The translations under genes and the position numbers were made by a program. Below, one piece after another: positions 48,391-61,240 of a stretch of 64,000 bases of DNA (positions within the stretch are counted from its first letter, which is position 1; every line of letters starts with the position of its first letter). This DNA comes from Octopus sinensis. Taxonomy: Eukaryota. Location of the stretch: the NCBI RefSeq assembly GCF_006345805.1, contig NC_043002.1:23994001-24058000 (forward strand), in the 5' to 3' direction. The notes under the pieces are model-generated. The model made no database searches. It saw nothing but the letters and a program-made list of their open reading frames with translations, and was not told where the DNA came from.

Positions 48391-51300
48391 TATTAGCCTT
48401 TGATGTACACTATCTGTGGCAAGAATATAAGAGACATATAGCTATTTCATCCTTTTTCCTCGCAGGAAATCCAAACACAATCATCACCAACATATCTACT
48501 CTATTTTACGCAGTGCTTCATAATTTATTTTATCGATGAATCAATTTAGTGTTCGTCTGCTTAGTCATCTGAGTGATTAATTGTTTGTTATCGTCACGAC
48601 TATGTTATTTTTAATATCATGGTCGTAGAGATAACAATTAATCATATAACAGTAATGAACAAATAATTATAGTTTAAGGTTTAAAATGCTAAGGTGAAGA
48701 GCATAGCCTAATTGATTACAGTATTTGACTTGTTATTTTATTTTATAAAGATCGGAACGAGGATAGAAAACCCTACTTTGTAAACATTTCGACAAAGCAG
48801 AGTTTCATAAAGGTTAAGTTGTTCATTATTTACATAAACCTAGAAACGACTTGCTACATTCACCTAATTTACAAATAAGTCATCATTTTTTACATAAATG
48901 ACGACTTAGATTAATTAAACCGAGTTATTTATCAGACTAAAAACAACACACTTTTGAACTTATGTGGATATTTGATGATTCCACATGTGTAGAATAAATA
49001 CTTCATGAGTAATGGAAGTGGCTGTGATCACTAAGAATAATTAAACTGACTCAGTTACTGTCATATTATATTTTATAAACAATAAAATATCATGCTTAAG
49101 AATTTTTTGAGACTTTCAGGGATTCTAGTAAGTAGTTTCTATGTGGACCCTTCCTATTTTTGTACGGGGGGGGGGTCATTGTTTACATAACATATTCGAC
49201 AACTCCCCTAAAGAAAATACCAGTCAAGTACTGCGATCAATTAGGCTATACACATTGTGACCCGTAATGAAGTCACAGTAATAAAGTCGCAATTTTGACT
49301 AGGAAAAAAAAAGCCACAATTAATTTATGGTGGCCGGTAATAAAGTTACAGAAAAAAAGTCACAATTAATTTATGGGATCCGGACAACCACCCCAGGACA
49401 AAACCCCTTCGGAAAATCTCCCCCCCCCCCGGACAAAACCCCTGTGACTGTATTACCGTGGCTTTCTTTTTTTCACCTGGATTCATACTCCTTACCCAAA
49501 CATTTTTCAAAGCCTTAAATTACTATTATTTCTACTGAATGCAGTATATTGCAGAATCGGACATATACTCGCGATATTCAGTTATGTCCCACTTTTATAT
49601 TCTGAGTTGAAATTCCGCCGACGTCACGTTTCCACCTTCCTTGAGTCAATTAAATAGTACTCGTCGATTTAATTTTCTTACAAATTATCTGAGATTTTCT
49701 TATTTATTTATTTATATCGCAATTGGCAAATTGCGTCGTTGGTTACACGTTTCCAATAGGACAATCACTGATTTACTGTATTTCTGATGGCGTGAGAAGG
49801 GAGTAATCGTAACTTAGCGCAGGAAAAAAACTAGCCCCAGGACTTCGTTAGTAAAACACAGTTTTCGGTTTTCACATTGGTATTCATATCCTTCGCGGAC
49901 ACAAACACACACACGTAGCAGGCTTCTGCACAGTTGCCACTTATAAGGTGCAGTGTTTCGATATAAAAATCTGTCGAAAGTAAAGAATACGTACACCCGG
50001 TGTTTAAGGTTTAGGATTAGTGTTTTTGTTACGCCGAAAACGGGTGGTGTATGTATTTTTTTTTTTACCTCCACCCAAAATCTTAACCATGTGGTCGCGA
50101 AACGAACTTCAAACTACACAGCCATCATGTGAATGGAATTATCATAAAAGTCTAGACAATGTTTCTGAGGCAGTGTCTCATGGCACTTGAAATACGTTTC
50201 ATTGTTGCCACTGTACCGCCGAAGATCACTCAGCAGTTTCAGATTAGATATTCTTTCCTCATGGGGAAAGAAAAGAGTTAAGTGATGTAGAAATGTAGAA
50301 AAAAAGATTGAAAATTTTGAAAAAGAACTCCATGAAATTCCACCCCACTGCATTTCATCACTTGATTTTAAATTCGGTGCTCTCACTTTTCTTTATTGGA
50401 TATAGTCAATAGAATTACCATTATCTCTTACTCTGGGTATAAATTTAAATTACTTGATTCTTACTCCCCCCACTTGACAGCAGACTTTTTTAAAACCTTT
50501 TTATTGAAGATACTTTCTCTTTCATCTTTTCAGATCCCTAAAATCGAGTACACCCTTCATCGAAGCGCGACCTAGTATTTATGTCAGAAAAAAATTAATA
50601 TTAATTAATGTCAATAGATGGGGGCGGCGAACTGGCAGAAACGTCAGGTCGAGTGAAAAAAAAATTGCCTTGCAGCATGTTACGACACTTTTACGTCCCG
50701 CGACCACAGCCTGTCCCCACTAAAATTATAACACATCCAGGACTACACTTCCTATTTGTCTTTTATTTCTTAAAACAGTAGAATGTGATTTCGTTACTAT
50801 TAGTTTTAAGTTGAACCACCACGTGGAGGCTCCATCATCGTAGGGAGTACTGGGTGTAGTGCAGTTTTTCATTGCTGCCTTATGTTAGACGTGCCAACCA
50901 GCGATGGAGGTTCTATCTTACCATTCCTCCACAAACTTAATCTTGTTAAACTTTCTGCCAGACGAAAGGACAGTGAGTGCTTTGTACTTTGGTACTTATT
51001 AGTCAGGTAGATAAGCGAATAAATACGGAAATCAACACCTAAGTTATTACACGAGCTCAAACCGGAAAGATATGGGCGCTCAACGGCTATACAAATAGAA
51101 ATCAATGATTAATCACTCCACACTGACAAAAAATTAATTCCTGACAGGAAACGAATAAATAAATAAATAAATATATCGTTTACTGGAGTAATGTAATAAG
51201 TATAAGAGGAGAGCGATGTCGTGATAGATTAAACTACACCAAGACATCGTCGCCATTAGCCACATGGTCATCTGCCTTAACTGCGGAGCTCTGATATTCT

Positions 51301-51474
51301 GGTTGTGTTTCCTTTTTTTTAAAAATATTATCATCGGTAATTTTTTTGATAAATAAATATATTATATTTAAAAATATATATAAATATACCGCCTACAAAA
51401 AAAAGTTATCTTGAGTTAATATATCTGAATTCCGAAGTCTGAACATCCCGGTTCCATGTGTTTTATCTGACCAG

Positions 51475-51568
51475 ATGGCATTATCTGCTGTGAAATTACT
51501 GAATCCACGGGTCGTTGCCCAAACAGGTCCTGCTTGCACAGCATCAATTATCTTCCTCCACGGTTCAG
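51475..51568 (+). CDS. LYPLAL1: Lysophospholipase-like 1 coding exon 1
   Basis: MALSAVKLLNPRVVAQTGPACTASIIFLHGS+G; gtaagc donor. Confidence 0.92.
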
Positions 51569-51908
51569 GTAAGCAGGTATTACTTTTTTTTGCGAAGTTC
51601 TTAAATTTTTAATTAATTTAATTGCTTATCCTCCACAAATGCCTAAATGTAACGTACAGAGTTGTCCTTAAATTTTGAACACAAGTCTTGAAGGATAACT
51701 TCAACTCACTTGAATGACTGTAAAATGTTATTTATCGCCGCTGTTTTAATACCATTGTTTGACAGAATAATTTTGAACGTTAAGCCAAAGTCTGTAGCTC
51801 TTAGTATTGAACTTTGAAACTTAATTACAATTTTTTACAAACTATAGTTGTGTAATGTTGGACTGCTTTATCCCATCTGTACTTCTCTTTCATTACTGGA
51901 ATATGTTT

Positions 51909-52170
51909 ATTATTTACATTCGACGGTGTCTTGGGGAAACTTCGAACCTGGGTTCTCATTCCTAAGGTAGTTTTCAATGTTGTTATTATTATTGTTCAGG
52001 TTACTGCTTGGAATCGAACTCAGAATCCTGGGGTTAGTAGCCCGCGCTCTTAACCAGTACCCATATGCCCTGAAGAAAGGGCGAAATGTGTTAACAACAA
52101 ACAAGAAGAGGACAAATATCTGTCGAATGTAAATAATGTACATAATTCCTCATCTCTTAAATATAGAGCT
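51909..52170 (-). mobile_element. tRNA-headed HHR-SINE, copy 2 (no LINE insertion), in LYPLAL1 intron 1
   Basis: Same order as copy 1: tail, short (TTA/TTG)n, tRNA head, then inverted tail starting CCTGAAGA. Approximate flanking duplication ggaatatgttt / agaatatattt. The sense-arm HHR is deleted. Confidence 0.85.
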
Positions 52171-53189
52171 AGAATATATTTGATTTTTAAAATATTCCTT
52201 ATTTAGCGTAATTTCATTTATTTTTGTCTTTAAAATGTCGGTACTTGCATGTTTAAAGAGAAACCGGCATTTAAAAACCGGTGTTTTTTTTATAATTTAC
52301 ATTTGGGCATAACTACAATTTGGTGTATCCGCCTCTTTATTTATTCATAGTTTTCTAAAATACATCTTTTTAATGTTATTATCAAATGCATTTTTCAAAA
52401 TGTTATATAGAACGAAGTCGGAGTAGAGGCAGGGCACAAATTTACTGAGAAAAGGGTTTGTCCATTGAAATAAACCTTGATATATAACTGGTACTTATTT
52501 TATCAATTTGGAAAATACACTATGGATAGATAAAGTCATACGACAAGGAGGGATAGTAGAACATATTGACACGACCACCTGGAACTATATATTGCATACC
52601 TACACGTTGCTAGCTTACAATATTTGTCACTTCTTTTTCCAATGTTGAGTGAAAGGGTAGCCCTTTGCAGTGTCAACACTGCATACCTGTTAATCAGGAA
52701 GAACCTGGCCTAAACAAAACTTGCCTTATGGAACTGACCAGCTAACATATCTGGCTGTTGCCCTCTCTTGGTAAGCTTCCATGGTGACATCAAATTAATC
52801 GTCATACTTGAATACAAATTGGCGCTCACCATATTTAATCGTATTCAATCATATGGCTGGATACTTTTCCTAATACAACCGTTGTTAGTGCTTTATTCTA
52901 GTAGCCTTTATACACTGATTTGCCAAGCAAGACAATTTTATTTATAGGGGTACAAACATCACCACTACCTATGCAGTGTCAATGCAAAGATATATAAAAA
53001 CAAGAGCACATGCACACACAACAGGCTTCCAAACAGCTTGTGCCTACCAAATTTCATCTCAAAATATTGGCCACCACAAGGCTATAACACAAGACATTCA
53101 CTCTAGATGCCATGCTATGCAATGGAATTGAATCCAAAACTGTGGTTGTGAAATTAACTTCTTAACCACACAGATATTCCTGCACTCTT

Positions 53190-54780
53190 TCATCTTCCTC
53201 TTTGTGTCTGTTGTCCATGCATTCATGGCTTGGACTGATCCTCTCCAATACAGCATTTTGCCATCTGATATATTTCTTTGTAATCTTTTGGATTTCTCTT
53301 CCATATGAATTTCCTGGCACTTCTTTAACCCAACTGTCATCATGACTTTGTATTACATGTCTGTATTGGAACTATTTTGTCTCTTGCACACTATATGGCA
53401 CCCCTCCTAGTAGTTTTTCTCCCATTTTACCTGTGCTCCATTGTTCATGCATTCTAACATTACACATCCGATGAATTACGCTCGCTTCATTTTTGTTCAA
53501 CCTTTGCACATCCTCTGTATTCAATGTGCATACCTTGCTGCCATTGCACCTTCTACAGAAGTATCTTACAATCAGTCCTTCACTTGAACAGAAAGCCCTT
53601 TTATTGCCAGTAGAGGTAATAGCTCCCTGAATTCTTTCCTGTTCTTATTCTGACTACTCTGCTTCCCGTAATCCATTGGCAATCAGAGCGTTTAGGTAAC
53701 AGAAGCTATCAACCACATTTGTGTAGCCGTCTAAGCATTGGAAAGAATATATTTCACTTGTGCTCATATAACTCCTGTGTATCTGTCACAGACACAGTTT
53801 TGTTCTCTGCCTACCTGCCTGTGATTCAGCTACACCTCTTGTGCACCCATAGTTTACATGGTTACACTGCATGAAGTTTTTATCTAGTATTTTTCTGAAT
53901 AACAAGTGGAAGAGTCCTGTCTTCTATCCTGTGCAGTGAAACTTTAATCTTTGCTAAGTTCACTTTGATGCCTCTCAATTCTAGGCTTTGCTGCCATGTT
54001 TTGAATCTCTTCTCTAAAGCTTCACCAGATTCAGATATGTGAATCAGGTAATCCATTTACAGGAGTTTCTACAGGCAGCTACTCTTAAACTCCTCTGCTA
54101 TGTCTTGCAGAACTATATAGTAAAAAAGAGTAAGTATAGAACTGAGGCGTTAAATTCATCACTGAACTCATTGCCAATTTTAACTTTGTTGACCGATTCT
54201 ATGTACAAGGCTTGCACAAGTCAAGTGTGGTATTCTTTCAAACCTTTTCTAGATCAATGAATGCTAGCTAGAACAGCTTACTTTTAGCTAAGCACTTTTG
54301 TTGCAATCAGCTTTCTAGGAAGATAGCATCTGTTGTATTTTGGTTTTTCCCAAATCTGAACTATTTCTTATTTAACTAAATTCTCTTCTTAATAACTTTG
54401 TTCATCAGTCTGGCACCTCTGTAGCTGCTTCTTTCTAGAACAGCATATTTGCCCATGTAGCAGATAATGATTATATTGCTCCACCAGTTATCAAGTATGA
54501 AACTTCCTTATACTCTCTGGTTGATTATGTGTGTCACTAGTTTCCGTCTTATTTCACCAGATATTTGCAGTTTTTCAGTGGTCATCTTAAATGACCCAGG
54601 TGCTTTCTGTTTTATATTTATCTTGTATCCTTAATAGCCAATCAACCATATAAGTGTGCCTCTTTTGCATGTGTTGTAAGCCTTTCTTCATTTCCCACAT
54701 TTCTGCAGTCAGTTATTTGTTGCAATAGCATTCCCAAGATTGCCCTTACTGTCACCAATCCTCAACTGTTTCCAAGTATG
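53190..54780 (-). mobile_element. Heavily decayed RTE-like LINE fragment
   Basis: Patchy RT-like remnants with no long ORF, followed by a family C type tail near 54790-54890. Confidence 0.5.
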
Positions 54781-55940
54781 GTAACATTTCCTCATGACCA
54801 TACATGTCACATAAGATTGGAAAGGAAAGGGCACAGCTTGCATTATAGTGTCACTTGCTTACAACTATCATGTGATGTCAAGGTAAGCACACACATATGT
54901 GTGTGTATCATCATCATCGATGATGATGTGTGTATATATATACACACACACACACACATATATATATATATTATATGAACACACAATGAGCTTCTTTCAG
55001 TTTCATTTTACAAAATCCGCTCACAAGGCTTTGGTTGCCCCAGGCAACCAAAGTGCCATGCAGTGAGACTGAATCAAAACCACATGTTTGGGAAGCAAAC
55101 TTCTTACCACACGGCCACACCTGCACTTATCATTCGTATATGTGTGTGTGTGTGTGTAAAAAAAAAAAAGATAGGGTTAGCTCAATACCATTCACACACA
55201 CTAAGGGAGATAAAGCCTGTTATTTTAGATAAATTAAGAGATGTTTTCTAATGACACACAAAATATTTTTAATAAATTGAAATTTTCTTCTTAGTTGAAG
55301 AAAGAAAACAAAAAGCTGGCTATAACTGTAAGCAGCTCTAAAAGAAAAATGAAATAAAGAATTAATTTACAAGTTTAATGGACAGTCTGATCTTTGTAGG
55401 CCTATTTTCAAAATTTTAAAAACAAATAGGCTGTGTATCTTCATTAGAAATGTTATCAGAAAGGAGTTGAGTAATAGTTTACCAGAACAACCTTGTTCAA
55501 AGTAACAGGGGTCATTTCTTTAATGGAAGAGGTGTAAAGTTTAGAGGAAGGGTAAACTGGATGTGATGCAGGTTATTTAAAAAGAAAACTAAGATTAAAA
55601 TGTGATAGAAATGTGTTCACACATACATGCATGTATAGATACATAGGTACAGTTTCTTTCAGATATTGGCATAATAATTTTTAATAATACAAAATATATT
55701 TACATACTGACTACATATGTAATAATTAGTAATGCAAAATATATTTGTATACTAAGATTGTGTCACAAAAACTAAGAGATAAGTCAAGAAAAGGTAGAGA
55801 AAAAGGTGATGAAGAGTCATGACAAATAGAGATGTTGTTTTGAAATTGAGCAATCCAACACGTACCATCATGCAAAAGCAACCATGAAAATGTTGAGAAC
55901 TATGTTTTCACATGTAGATGGCAATACAATGTTAGTTATA

Positions 55941-56756
55941 CAGAGTGATCAGGTGAAGTTTCGCTATTTTATATCTCCTTTTTCATGAACAGCTTGATGT
56001 AAATAGTCAACAACATTGAAGAGGATAAAAATTAAAGTTGTAGTTGAGAAAAAGTTAGCTGACATGGAGGACTGAAAGCCACCTGAATACTGGAAAAGAG
56101 TTACCTGCATCATAATGATTTTTGCCAGGTGTCAAAATGCCAACATCATGACTACTGTGAACAGTGTATGGCTGTAAGATTACGTGGACATCATGAAAAC
56201 CAAGTTCCCCCAAACTGTGATGCTCTTCAGGTGTGTCTCCAATGAGGGTAGCATCACGTCACAGCACATCTTTGAACAAAGTCTTAAACTCAGTTCACTC
56301 AATTCAAATGGCTATATGAAGCTGTTGGTGACTGGTCAAACCATGGTTGGAGAGGGTTGCTGCTGGAAGGCTATATGTGTGGAAGCAGGATTCAGCTCCT
56401 TGCCATACCTCCAGAAAGAAGTGGTTGTCAGAGAATTTCTATGATTCCAGTAGCCCCAATTTCTGGCCCCCTAATTCCTCAGATTGTAATCCCACAGGCA
56501 TCAACTGCCCTGTTTCAAACACCAAATCTGGGAGGTGTTTGAAGATCTTCCTATGAATACAGTAAGGAATGCATGCACCAGGGTCTGGAGCCATCTTGAG
56601 GCAGTGGTAGAAGCTGAGGATGGCTACTTTGAGTAAACTATTATCCCAGCAGCCATAATCTAGTTGATATTTGCTTATTTTTTAAAATACTTTTATTTTG
56701 AGATATTGTTTTCTTTTCCTTTCATGCAAACTGTCAAATTTAGCTGGAACACCCTG
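55941..56756 (+). mobile_element. Internally deleted Tc1/mariner element of maT (DD37D) type
   Basis: TA-cagagtgatcag...ctggaacaccctg-TA ends. Remnants MKTKFPQTVM, WKQDSAPCHTS and FWPPNSSDCNP are present. Confidence 0.8.
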
Positions 56757-56998
56757 TAATAGTCAGTGGTACAGAATATTCATCTAGTGATACTTTTGAG
56801 TAGAAAAAACTATTCTTTCCAATCATTCATTAACACTTCAGTTAATGTTAGGTCGCATGTTTAATCCTATTATGTAACTACAGGTGTCCTAAACTTGGAT
56901 CTACTTGTATTATTTGAGTTTTGTGTAGGGGAAGGGGTTGCATATTTAAATTTATTTTGTTTTCTTTTGTGCATTGATGATTCTGCTGATATTTATAG

Positions 56999-57098
56999 GT
57001 GATACTGGTCAAGGTGTAAGAGAATGGCTCCAAATGGTTATAGGACACGAGTTGGCATTTCCTCATATTCGAGTTGTGTATCCTACAGCCCCTGCCAG
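56999..57098 (+). CDS. LYPLAL1: LYPLAL1 coding exon 2
   Basis: GDTGQGVREWLQMVIGHELAFPHIRVVYPTAPA; tag acceptor and gtaagt donor; 100 nt. Confidence 0.95.
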
Positions 57099-58566
57099 GT
57101 AAGTGTTGGAGCATTGATCAACAGCCTTTCTCCAGCCCCACACTGTACTTCTTGTTTTGTTTCTCTGGTTGTTATTTAACCTCAGGTCATCCCTGAATAA
57201 GAAACTTACAATCAAATCTGTCTTGTCTTTTTAAAAGTATGTAGGATTATATTATTGAGTGTTCTTTATTTAAGATGGTAGAGCTTGATTTGAAGGAGAC
57301 TTGTCTAAAATTATTAGGAAGTTAAGCAATCACACAGGTGTTCTCTCATTGTTTCTCTAGGCTTGCAAATGTAATCAATTAAGTCCCTTCTCTATAATCC
57401 TCACTTTAATTACCAGTTAACAAGGGAGTCTCTATGTAGTCTAGGAGAGCAGAAACTGCAAATAAGAATTGACTCTGTGGTCGCCTGTCCAACTTGTGCC
57501 ATCATGGAAAGCAGACATGATGATAATTCTGTGATTGTCTTGGGATTGAATTAATAATATGCAGTTAGGTGGGAGGTAGATATTGAGCAACTTTTTTCAC
57601 CAGAAGTTCTGCTTTGGGATATGTGGAGCAGTTATGGGCATTATTTTGGTCCAGGTGAACAAGGTCTCAACAAGTTCTTGCTCAGGAACAAAATATTTTT
57701 CAGACCATCCCAGTGTAATGTTAATTGTCATCTACCCTTTCCTATTGACACAGACAATCACTAGAAACTGTCATAACTTTGAAGGTCCTGGGGTGTAAAC
57801 TTTTGCTGATGACCAGCAGCTTACACTTGGGGATTCAGGAAGGTTGAATTCAGCCTAGCCTTGTGATATAATCTTACAATGCTTTATGATCTCTTGGTGA
57901 CTCTGTATCTTCAGTTGTCAGTGCTTTTCTTGGAGTACATCTTCAGTGAAGGGCAGTCTCATCAATATTTGTAGACCTGTTCAGGACTTCATTTTTTTGC
58001 AGAAACTAACTTGGAAAGCTTATTAATAAATGCAGCAGCTGCTTCATTATCCTCTGTAACATGAAACTTTTGTCTGTGTTAATTATGTAGCTTGGGATTT
58101 GGTCCCATTGCACTACCCTGGGTAAGTGTTTTCTACTACAGCCCTGGGCCAGCCAGTGCTATGTGAGGAAATTTGGAAATTGCAGGAAACCCATTGTGTG
58201 TGTGTGTTGCTATTCCTTGTTGACATAACAGTCAGTTGCGTTGCACTTCTGTAGATCTCTGGAATAAAGATATCCCTTACTTGAAAAATATGTAACGGTT
58301 GGCAACAAGAAGAGTAGTCAGTCATAGAAACCTGCTGTAAATCATGCAAATCACTCTTCATCCAAATCCATGTTAGCATTGAAAAACTGACATTAAATGA
58401 ACAAATACATAGGTACACAGACACACTTCAAATCCCACCAAAGTTGACTTTTTATTATATAGTAATATACAAAAATTAAGTCAATTTTCTCCCTTTTTTT
58501 TCTTCTCTTGCTCTTTTTCTCTCTAACCATGGTACCTATCACAGTAAAACTGATGTATCTCTACAG

Positions 58567-58733
58567 GCCCTACACCCCTATGATGGGACACCAGAGTACA
58601 GTATGGTTCAATCGTAAGAAGATCAGTCCATTTGTAGAAGAAGATGAATCTGTTAATCCAATGTGTGAAAAGATCTCTGAACTAATTGACCTTGAGATCA
58701 AAAATGGTATACCTTTCAACAGGATAATCATTG
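58567..58733 (+). CDS. LYPLAL1: LYPLAL1 coding exon 3
   Basis: PYTPMMGHQSTVWFNR..LIDLEIKNGIPFNRIII; cag acceptor and gtgagt donor. Confidence 0.95.
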
Positions 58734-59669
58734 GTGAGTATCATATTGAAATGGCACTTTATTACTCTTTGTTTTCTCTTCATTATCACCACCATTATTA
58801 TTAAAGGGTACATTATTCTGCCGTGGTCAACTTTTTCATCCATTCAGGGTCAAGTACTGGGGTCAATGAGTAGGATTATTAAAAGATACATAATATAGTC
58901 CCAGATGGAGGGGTCAGGGCTGTTCATTTGGGCAGGTGTAGACTAAACATTTACGGTAATCATCATCATTACTGTCATCACTCACTTCTATCAACACTAT
59001 TGTCATCATGATCAATAAAAGCATGAATTCCATTAAAGGCAATATAAGCAGTATTGTTGTTCAGTGCCAGGTCAATCCAGATTAAACAGAGCTTCTTTGG
59101 CCATGATCATCTAGTCTTTTCAAGGGTATCTATAACTATATTTTCCTATATTTTTTTTCTTATTTGAAAGGGTGTAATTTGATGATGCTATTTATAGCAA
59201 GCTGGGTAATCACGAAGAGGTACACTTGTTGGTTTTATGATGATGATAGACCTGCCAACCAATGTTTGTGGTCCTGTTATATTTCAAAAGCTCGTGAATT
59301 TATTCAAGTGTAGTAAATTTTATAATAAACTTCTTGGTACCACTTCATATTGCTCTAAGAATATTTATCTTTGTTGTAGGTATAATGTAATATACATACA
59401 GCCAGCAACAGCACCTGGTCTTGCCCAGGTTCATACATAACATAAACATAACATCATAAATTTGCTGTTTTGGATGATTTGCTTTAAAAAATGCTAAGAA
59501 GCTTCAGCTAATCTAGGATTGTTATTTCATTAAGAATTGTTGCACCTAAGCTATCCAGAAAATGATCCATGTTGAGCTTCATAAAATTTTGCAGAAATAC
59601 TAATATAGAATTTAATATAAAATTCTGCTTTAACATTTTTATCAAAATACTGTATTGATATAATTACTA

Positions 59670-59908
59670 AGGCAGTGAGCTGGCAGAAACATTAGCATGT
59701 GAGCAAAATGCTTAGTGGTATTTTGTCCATTTTTATGTTCTGAGTTCAAATTCCACTGAGGTTGACTTTGCCTTTTGACCGTTTGGGGTTGATAAAATAA
59801 GAGTTGAAAAATAGGGTTAATGTAATAATAAGAGTTTAACACTAGGGTTAATGTAATCAACTTAGCCCCGCCCCCAAAATTGCTGGCCTTGTGCCAAAAT
59901 TTGAAATC
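59670..59908 (+). mobile_element. SINE family A in LYPLAL1 intron 3
   Basis: ggcagtgagctggcagaaac...ggccttgtgccaaaatttgaaa. Another copy lies at 61898-62070. Confidence 0.8.
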
Positions 59909-60415
59909 AGTATTTATAATTACTCTAAACAAATTTTTTTCTCTCAATATCTTTTGCTATGCTTTGCGTATATGGTATTTTAAATTTTTCTATCTGAAGC
60001 GAAAAATATAATTTTTATAACAGTTATATAGCCTGAAAAATGATGTGCTGTTACATAAAATTTTTACTTAGGTACATAACTGTATCACACAATTTGAAAT
60101 ATACATTATCGTTATCATCATTTAACATCTAGTTTCCATGCTGGTATGGAGTGGACAATTTAACAGGATTTGGTGAGAAAGAGAATTGCATCATATTGCA
60201 ATGTCTACTTAGGAAGTGCATTCAGTCATAGAAAACATACCTAACACCAATCAATTTACAAAGTGTACAGGATCCTTTTTTTCATGGTGCCAGTGCTAGT
60301 GATGATTATCTCATAACTTGCAAGACCTAAAGTGGTCTCTGTAACTGAAGAAAAGAGAAGAGATACTGGGTTATGTGTGTGTATGTATATATATATATAC
60401 TTTTTCATTCTCAAG

Positions 60416-60531
60416 GTGGATTTTCCATGGGTGGCTGTGCAGCATTACATGTAGGTTACCGGTTTCGACCATCTGTGGCTGGAGTTTTTGGCATGTCCTG
60501 TTTTCTCAATGAAAAATCATCTGTTTACAAG
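60416..60531 (+). CDS. LYPLAL1: LYPLAL1 coding exon 4 (catalytic Ser)
   Basis: [35 protein letters not shown] with the GxSxG motif; 116 nt. Confidence 0.96.
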
Positions 60532-60617
60532 GTAAGCTACCATCAACAACTGTCTCATCATTAAAATCTGATATATTATTCTCTGCTATTTGTCTCTATC
60601 TAATACATATATCTCTA

Positions 60618-60797
60618 TATAACTTTCACATATCAACACTGTCATTGATTACACTTGGTCACTTTGAATCACCTGGGCCAATCCTATCGCCACAAAAGTG
60701 CTTCCTCTCTGATACTCCATTCCTAACCCTGTCTCTCCTACAGAAATTCAAAGTGACCAAGTGTAATCAATGACAGTGTTGATATGTGAAAGTTATA
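60618..60797. repeat. Perfect 52-bp inverted repeat in LYPLAL1 intron 4
   Basis: 60618-60669 is the exact reverse complement of 60746-60797, with a 76-nt spacer. Confidence 0.95.
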
Positions 60798-61009
60798 GGG
60801 CAATGACTCCTCCTCTGGTCATAGAAACAAATAATGCGCCCTCTTTTTTTGTCTTTCTACCTCTTCCCCTGTAACCATTACCATCACCACCACTTTGACA
60901 TTATTGCCACTGTCCATTACCATAGCTCTCACCACCACTTCTGTAATTCAAAAATTTCATTGAAAAATTGTATTTTAAATCTTTTCTTTTCATATAATCT
61001 GTTCACCAG

Positions 61010-61240
61010 ACTCTCGACACAAGCTCCAACTTGACACAGTGGCCACCATTGTTCATGAGCCATGGGAAGGATGATACCCTTGTCTTGCCTGAATGGGGTC
61101 GTGTTACATACAATGAACTGAAGAGCCGAGGAGTTGACTCCGAACTTCACATGTTTGATAATCTCTACCATGAATTCAACAAGAAAACTTTACACTTGCT
61201 ACGAAGCTGGATTTTGAAGCATCTACCTGAAGAAAGCTAG
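61010..61240 (+). CDS. LYPLAL1: LYPLAL1 terminal coding exon (catalytic Asp and His)
   Basis: ccag acceptor; TLDTSSNLTQWPPLFMSHGKDDTLV..LYHEF..LRSWILKHLPEES*. Total CDS is 708 nt. Confidence 0.95.
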   Translation, partial: TLDTSSNLTQWPPLFMSHGKDDTLVLPEWGRVTYNELKSRGVDSELHMFDNLYHEFNKKTLHLLRSWILKHLPEES

